DNA of 64,000 bases from Glaucostegus cemiculus (taxonomy: Eukaryota), in contig CDPCPM010000074.1 in the NCBI GenBank assembly GCA_976551045.1, positions 12,214,001-12,278,000 of the forward strand. The letters run 5' to 3'. Every line of letters starts with the position of its first letter. The first letter of the stretch is position 1. This document shows positions 62,801-64,000 of this stretch, in pieces. The position numbers and the translations under genes were made by a program. The notes under the pieces are model-generated. The model did not search any database. It had not been told where the DNA came from and saw nothing but the letters and a program-made list of their open reading frames with translations.

Positions 62801-63818
62801 AGAATGTCCTGTGTGGGTGGGGGTCTTTGATTATGCTGGCCGCTTCACCATGGCAGCAAGACGTATAGACAGAGTTCAAGGAGGGGAGGCTGGTTTCCAT
62901 GATGTACTGGGCTGTGTCCACAACTCTCTAGTTTCTTGTGGTCCTGGGCTATGTATGCAGTTCAGACCTAATTTTGTTTTCTGTAGCTGATCAAAAATGA
63001 ACTAACTTAGCCCCTGATAAAGACATCATTTTGCTGTTATATGGGGGTGCAGAGCAAAGAACAGGTATATCCTGCAGTAAAGGATTACAGGTATATCCTG
63101 CAGTTACCTCAAGCCACTTTTATGTAACTGCTAGTGAATTCTGTGACACAGAATTCTGCCACGATAAAATTTGCTGATACTGTTTTAAACAGATTTTCTG
63201 ATGCTTTAGCCCCCGTCAGAAGGAATTCAGTGTATAATTCCAAAAAAACCAAAAACCTTTGTTGGTTATTACACTGTGGTAGTGAAAACCTAAGAGCAAT
63301 TCAATCGCCTCCACTGTACCAAGGTACAATGTGGTGCATGATGTGGAGAAATCCAAAATACAAGAAAATAGTTGTGTTCTCAATTTTTATTTAGACAATA
63401 ATTAAAGTTTTTGACAGTAAAAATAAAAAGAAGCCACAGATGCTGGAATTCTAAAACAGAAACAGATAATGATGGAAATACTCAGCAGTCAGGCCACATC
63501 TGTGGGCAGAGAAACAGAGTCAACATTTCAGGTCTCTTCGTCAGAACTTCATCAGAAAGGCTTTCTACAGCATACTTTAGGTAAGAGGTGACATTAGTGA
63601 CAGTCAATCACATTTTTTGTTTTTTCCTTTTTAAAGTACATCAATATGAAAGTTAAACATGAAGCAGTATCATGGAAGGCAGGATAAATGAAAAGTTAAA
63701 GAAACTCTCATGATTGAGAGAAAAATAAAACTGAAAATGCACTCACAATTCCTTCAGGTCAGAGAACATGAGGAAAGCATCATCAGGCAGGCTTTTGATT
63801 TTATTGCTCTTCAGAGAC
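23572..63818 (-). CDS. RXFP2: Relaxin/insulin-like family peptide receptor 2 (LGR8), 5'-partial, 14 coding exons (~608 aa in window)
   Basis: Manually spliced exons (GT-AG, consistent phases) give ten LRRs, then [74 protein letters not shown] and [50 protein letters not shown] and SMVNN resemble RXFP2 more than RXFP1 (compared from memory). Confidence 0.93.
23995..24110 (+). mobile_element. Penelope pseudo-LTR fragment in the last RXFP2 intron
   Basis: ctgatgaaaggtc...ctgagtgtatccagtattt...cagcatctgca. Confidence 0.6.
24245..25615 (-). mobile_element. Penelope-like element fragment: GIY-YIG remnant flanked by inverted pseudo-LTRs
   Basis: [14 protein letters not shown] and [26 protein letters not shown] on minus; 24245-24650 is a reverse-complement relative of ~25200-25600. 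Confidence 0.8.
27740..28150. mobile_element. Old CR1 3' end (-) with a nested CR1 3' end (+, ~27960-28121)
   Basis: gggccgaagggcctgt...ttctatggttctatggttc tail inside a degenerate minus-strand CR1. Confidence 0.65.
28435..28653 (-). CDS. RXFP2: RXFP2 TM5-TM6 exon (~exon 17), 219 nt
   Basis: [23 protein letters not shown]...[29 protein letters not shown]; CAG acceptor, GTATCT donor. Confidence 0.96.
29851..29898. repeat. Perfect 24-bp tandem duplication
   Basis: tacagctttaaatacaagtgtttc x2. Confidence 0.95.
30820..31520 (+). mobile_element. Old CR1 RT fragment
   Basis: EFNPE....[28 protein letters not shown]. Confidence 0.75.
31975..32220 (-). mobile_element. Old HE1/V-SINE
   Basis: CR1-type tail plus atgtctttgggatgtgggaagaaa core. 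Confidence 0.55.
32560..32680 (-). mobile_element. Penelope pseudo-LTR fragment with hammerhead-like motif
   Basis: Minus strand reads agtt-ctggtga-aaggt-catct-acct-gaaatatt-aatt. Confidence 0.6.
33617..33652. repeat. (CA)n microsatellite
   Basis: Direct reading. Confidence 0.95.
33961..34008. repeat. 48-bp near-perfect palindrome (23-bp arms, 2-nt spacer, 1 mismatch)
   Basis: gcaaatatatggtgtggctttgg-aa-ccaaagccacaccacatatttgc. Confidence 0.95.
34075..34785. repeat. Dispersed direct duplication of ~200 bp (34075-34287 and 34596-34785)
   Basis: Both copies contain tcaaccaacatgcttcctagactcagtatccaaag...tataatctgtggaggag...ggatagcctgcagaca. Confidence 0.9.
35340..35880 (+). mobile_element. 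CR1/L2-group LINE 3' fragment
   Basis: [20 protein letters not shown]...[14 protein letters not shown]. Confidence 0.75.
36340..36600 (-). mobile_element. Harbinger/PIF Myb-SANT-like ORF remnant
   Basis: Minus frames give [11 protein letters not shown] and [28 protein letters not shown] (cf. W..IA..VNA....RT..QC.KKFNDL). Confidence 0.55.
36657..36760 (+). mobile_element. Penelope pseudo-LTR fragment with hammerhead-like motif
   Basis: agtt-ctgatgg-aaaat-cattg-acct-gaaacatt-aaat, then tgctgcctgacctgctga. Confidence 0.6.
37368..37778 (-). CDS. RXFP2: RXFP2 TM2-TM5 exon (~exon 16), 411 nt
   Basis: Lies within ORF 37354-37893: [21 protein letters not shown]...YSIGIFLG; AAG acceptor, GTATGA donor. 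Confidence 0.96.
40193..40975 (-). mobile_element. CR1 LINE 3' fragment
   Basis: ORF 40478-40981 [24 protein letters not shown]...RRRMRGDLI. Confidence 0.9.
41545..41774 (-). CDS. RXFP2: RXFP2 hinge + TM1 exon (~exon 15), 230 nt
   Basis: [76 protein letters not shown]; CAG acceptor, GTAAGT donor. Confidence 0.95.
42680..43720 (-). mobile_element. Degenerate RTE-clade LINE
   Basis: [21 protein letters not shown]...GGQRKKF (cf. QLRWAGHV.RM.D.RLPKQ.LY.EL..G.R..GGQ.KR). Confidence 0.65.
44789..45352 (+). mobile_element. Young CR1 3' fragment nested in an older CR1
   Basis: [26 protein letters not shown]; (attgtct)n tail; same subfamily as 12661-13537. Confidence 0.9.
45474..45572 (+). repeat. 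99-bp copy of intronic sequence 46635-46733 (1 mismatch)
   Basis: gttaaaaatacatttgcacatagaaac...gacttaatgaaaggatac at both sites. Confidence 0.95.
45888..45959 (-). CDS. RXFP2: RXFP2 LRR exon (~exon 14), 72 nt: [24 protein letters not shown]
   Basis: CAG acceptor, GTAAGT donor, EGIEIxNI..MF.PM.NL.HI motif of RXFP1/2. Confidence 0.93.
46316..46387 (-). CDS. RXFP2: RXFP2 LRR exon (~exon 13), 72 nt: [24 protein letters not shown]
   Basis: TAG acceptor, GTAAGT donor, NISxNP motif. Confidence 0.92.
46476..46547 (-). CDS. RXFP2: RXFP2 LRR exon (~exon 12), 72 nt: [24 protein letters not shown]
   Basis: CAG acceptor, GTAAGT donor; followed by an 88-nt intron. Confidence 0.92.
47710..47887 (+). mobile_element. 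CR1 3' end
   Basis: gatcagccatgat...ggagcaggctcgatgggcc...tatgttcttat. Confidence 0.75.
47945..48016 (-). CDS. RXFP2: RXFP2 LRR exon (~exon 11), 72 nt: [24 protein letters not shown]
   Basis: CAG acceptor, GTACGT donor, LRR consensus. Confidence 0.92.
49224..49295 (-). CDS. RXFP2: RXFP2 LRR exon (~exon 10), 72 nt: [24 protein letters not shown]
   Basis: TAG acceptor, GTAAGT donor, LRR consensus. Confidence 0.92.
49455..49529 (-). CDS. RXFP2: RXFP2 LRR exon (~exon 9), 75 nt: [25 protein letters not shown]
   Basis: TAG acceptor, GTGAGT donor, SMVNN motif. Confidence 0.92.
49900..50265 (+). mobile_element. Penelope GIY-YIG remnant
   Basis: [21 protein letters not shown]. Confidence 0.65.
51101..51172 (-). 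CDS. RXFP2: RXFP2 LRR exon (~exon 8), 72 nt: [24 protein letters not shown]
   Basis: TAG acceptor, GTAAGT donor, ILDDN motif. Confidence 0.92.
52500..52595 (-). mobile_element. Penelope pseudo-LTR fragment with hammerhead-like motif
   Basis: Minus strand reads ctgatgc-agggt-tttg-acct-gaaatgtc-gac. Confidence 0.65.
53844..53915 (-). CDS. RXFP2: RXFP2 LRR exon (~exon 7), 72 nt: [24 protein letters not shown]
   Basis: CAG acceptor, GTATGT donor, LRR consensus. Confidence 0.92.
54120..55447 (+). mobile_element. CR1 LINE RT/3' fragment, interrupted by a SINE
   Basis: [25 protein letters not shown]; [11 protein letters not shown]. Confidence 0.88.
54752..55011 (+). mobile_element. Young tRNA-derived V-SINE (HE1-like)
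   Basis: A box TAGCGTAGTGG, B box GGTTTGATTCC, core gggtttcctccgggtgctc, CR1-type tail gggccgaaagggcctgt, A-rich end; CpGs retained. Confidence 0.85.
57325..57396 (-). CDS. RXFP2: RXFP2 LRR exon (~exon 6), 72 nt: [24 protein letters not shown]
   Basis: CAG acceptor, GTAAGT donor, LRR consensus. Confidence 0.92.
57700..58230 (-). mobile_element. Old CR1 fragment
   Basis: Degenerate ccaaagccttgacatccttcc, gccaccttcagag and atctgcaaa blocks. Confidence 0.5.
59514..60045 (-). mobile_element. Rex1/Babar LINE 3' fragment
   Basis: [11 protein letters not shown]...[16 protein letters not shown]...[10 protein letters not shown]; (tctgat)n tail. Confidence 0.88.
60290..60700 (-). mobile_element. Rex1-like LINE 3' fragment, different subfamily
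   Basis: [37 protein letters not shown]. Confidence 0.75.
61640..61850 (-). mobile_element. Harbinger Myb-like ORF remnant
   Basis: Minus strand gives [17 protein letters not shown], resembling the 36340-36600 remnant. Confidence 0.4.
62477..62950 (-). mobile_element. Rex1/Babar LINE 3' fragment
   Basis: Near copy of 11700-12200; [19 protein letters not shown]. Confidence 0.88.
63430..63556 (-). mobile_element. Penelope pseudo-LTR fragment with the best-preserved hammerhead core
   Basis: Minus strand reads agtt-CTGACGA-ag-agac-ct-GAAA-tgtt-gact. Confidence 0.65.
63747..63818 (-). CDS. RXFP2: RXFP2 LRR exon (~exon 5), 72 nt: [24 protein letters not shown]
   Basis: TAG acceptor, GTGAGT donor, phase 2-2, LxxLxLxxN pattern. 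Confidence 0.9.
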
Positions 63819-64000
63819 CTATTATGGAGAAAAGCACTTTTAATATTTATAAAGTCTGATCATGTGTCACATAAGGAGGGTCCATGTTCCTTTGGTGGCC
63901 TGCTGTTCCTTACACCTGGTAAGATTCACCTCCAATATTGCCAGCAGTTGCTTTTATTGAGAAATGGCTAATATATGCAATTGCGCTAAGGGCCATATAT

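Noticed and set aside
63061-63104. 18-bp direct repeat (acaggtatatcctgcagt x2) and similar micro-duplications near 39830 and 41220
   Set aside because: Ordinary slippage or repair duplications with no further structure.
23572-63818. Calling the gene RXFP1 or a pseudogene
   Set aside because: Diagnostic TM1-TM3 residues match RXFP2, and there are no stops, frameshifts or broken splice sites in the 14 exons.
1-64000. CRISPR arrays, operons or other prokaryotic systems
   Set aside because: The sequence is vertebrate intron/exon DNA with no regularly spaced repeat-spacer array.

Overview
Eukaryotic, AT-rich, repeat-dense DNA, most likely from a cartilaginous fish (inferred from the mix of HE1/V-SINE, CR1, Rex1/Babar and Penelope repeats). 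The only host protein-coding gene I can support is a relaxin-family receptor, RXFP2 (LGR8), on the minus strand. Fourteen exons (equivalent to human exons 5-18) run from 63818 to the stop at 23572. All have GT-AG boundaries and join in frame: ten LRR exons, the hinge, 7TM and the C-tail. The LDLa and N-terminal exons lie beyond the right edge. The receptor looks intact but carries unusual substitutions: NPxxY to NPxxH, loss of two LRR tryptophans, and a new pair of stacked cysteines. About 4 kb past the stop is a small CpG island (about 19380-19770) with a MYB-motif cluster, an RFX-like half site, outward-facing splice donors and adjacent D-box repeats. The rest is a fossil record of transposons: nested Rex1 and CR1 LINEs, Penelope-like elements whose pseudo-LTRs carry minimal hammerhead-ribozyme motifs, Gypsy, RTE and Harbinger-Myb remnants, and several locally templated duplications at LINE junctions. 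Exon coordinates were read base by base. Repeat boundaries are approximate. No database searches were run.
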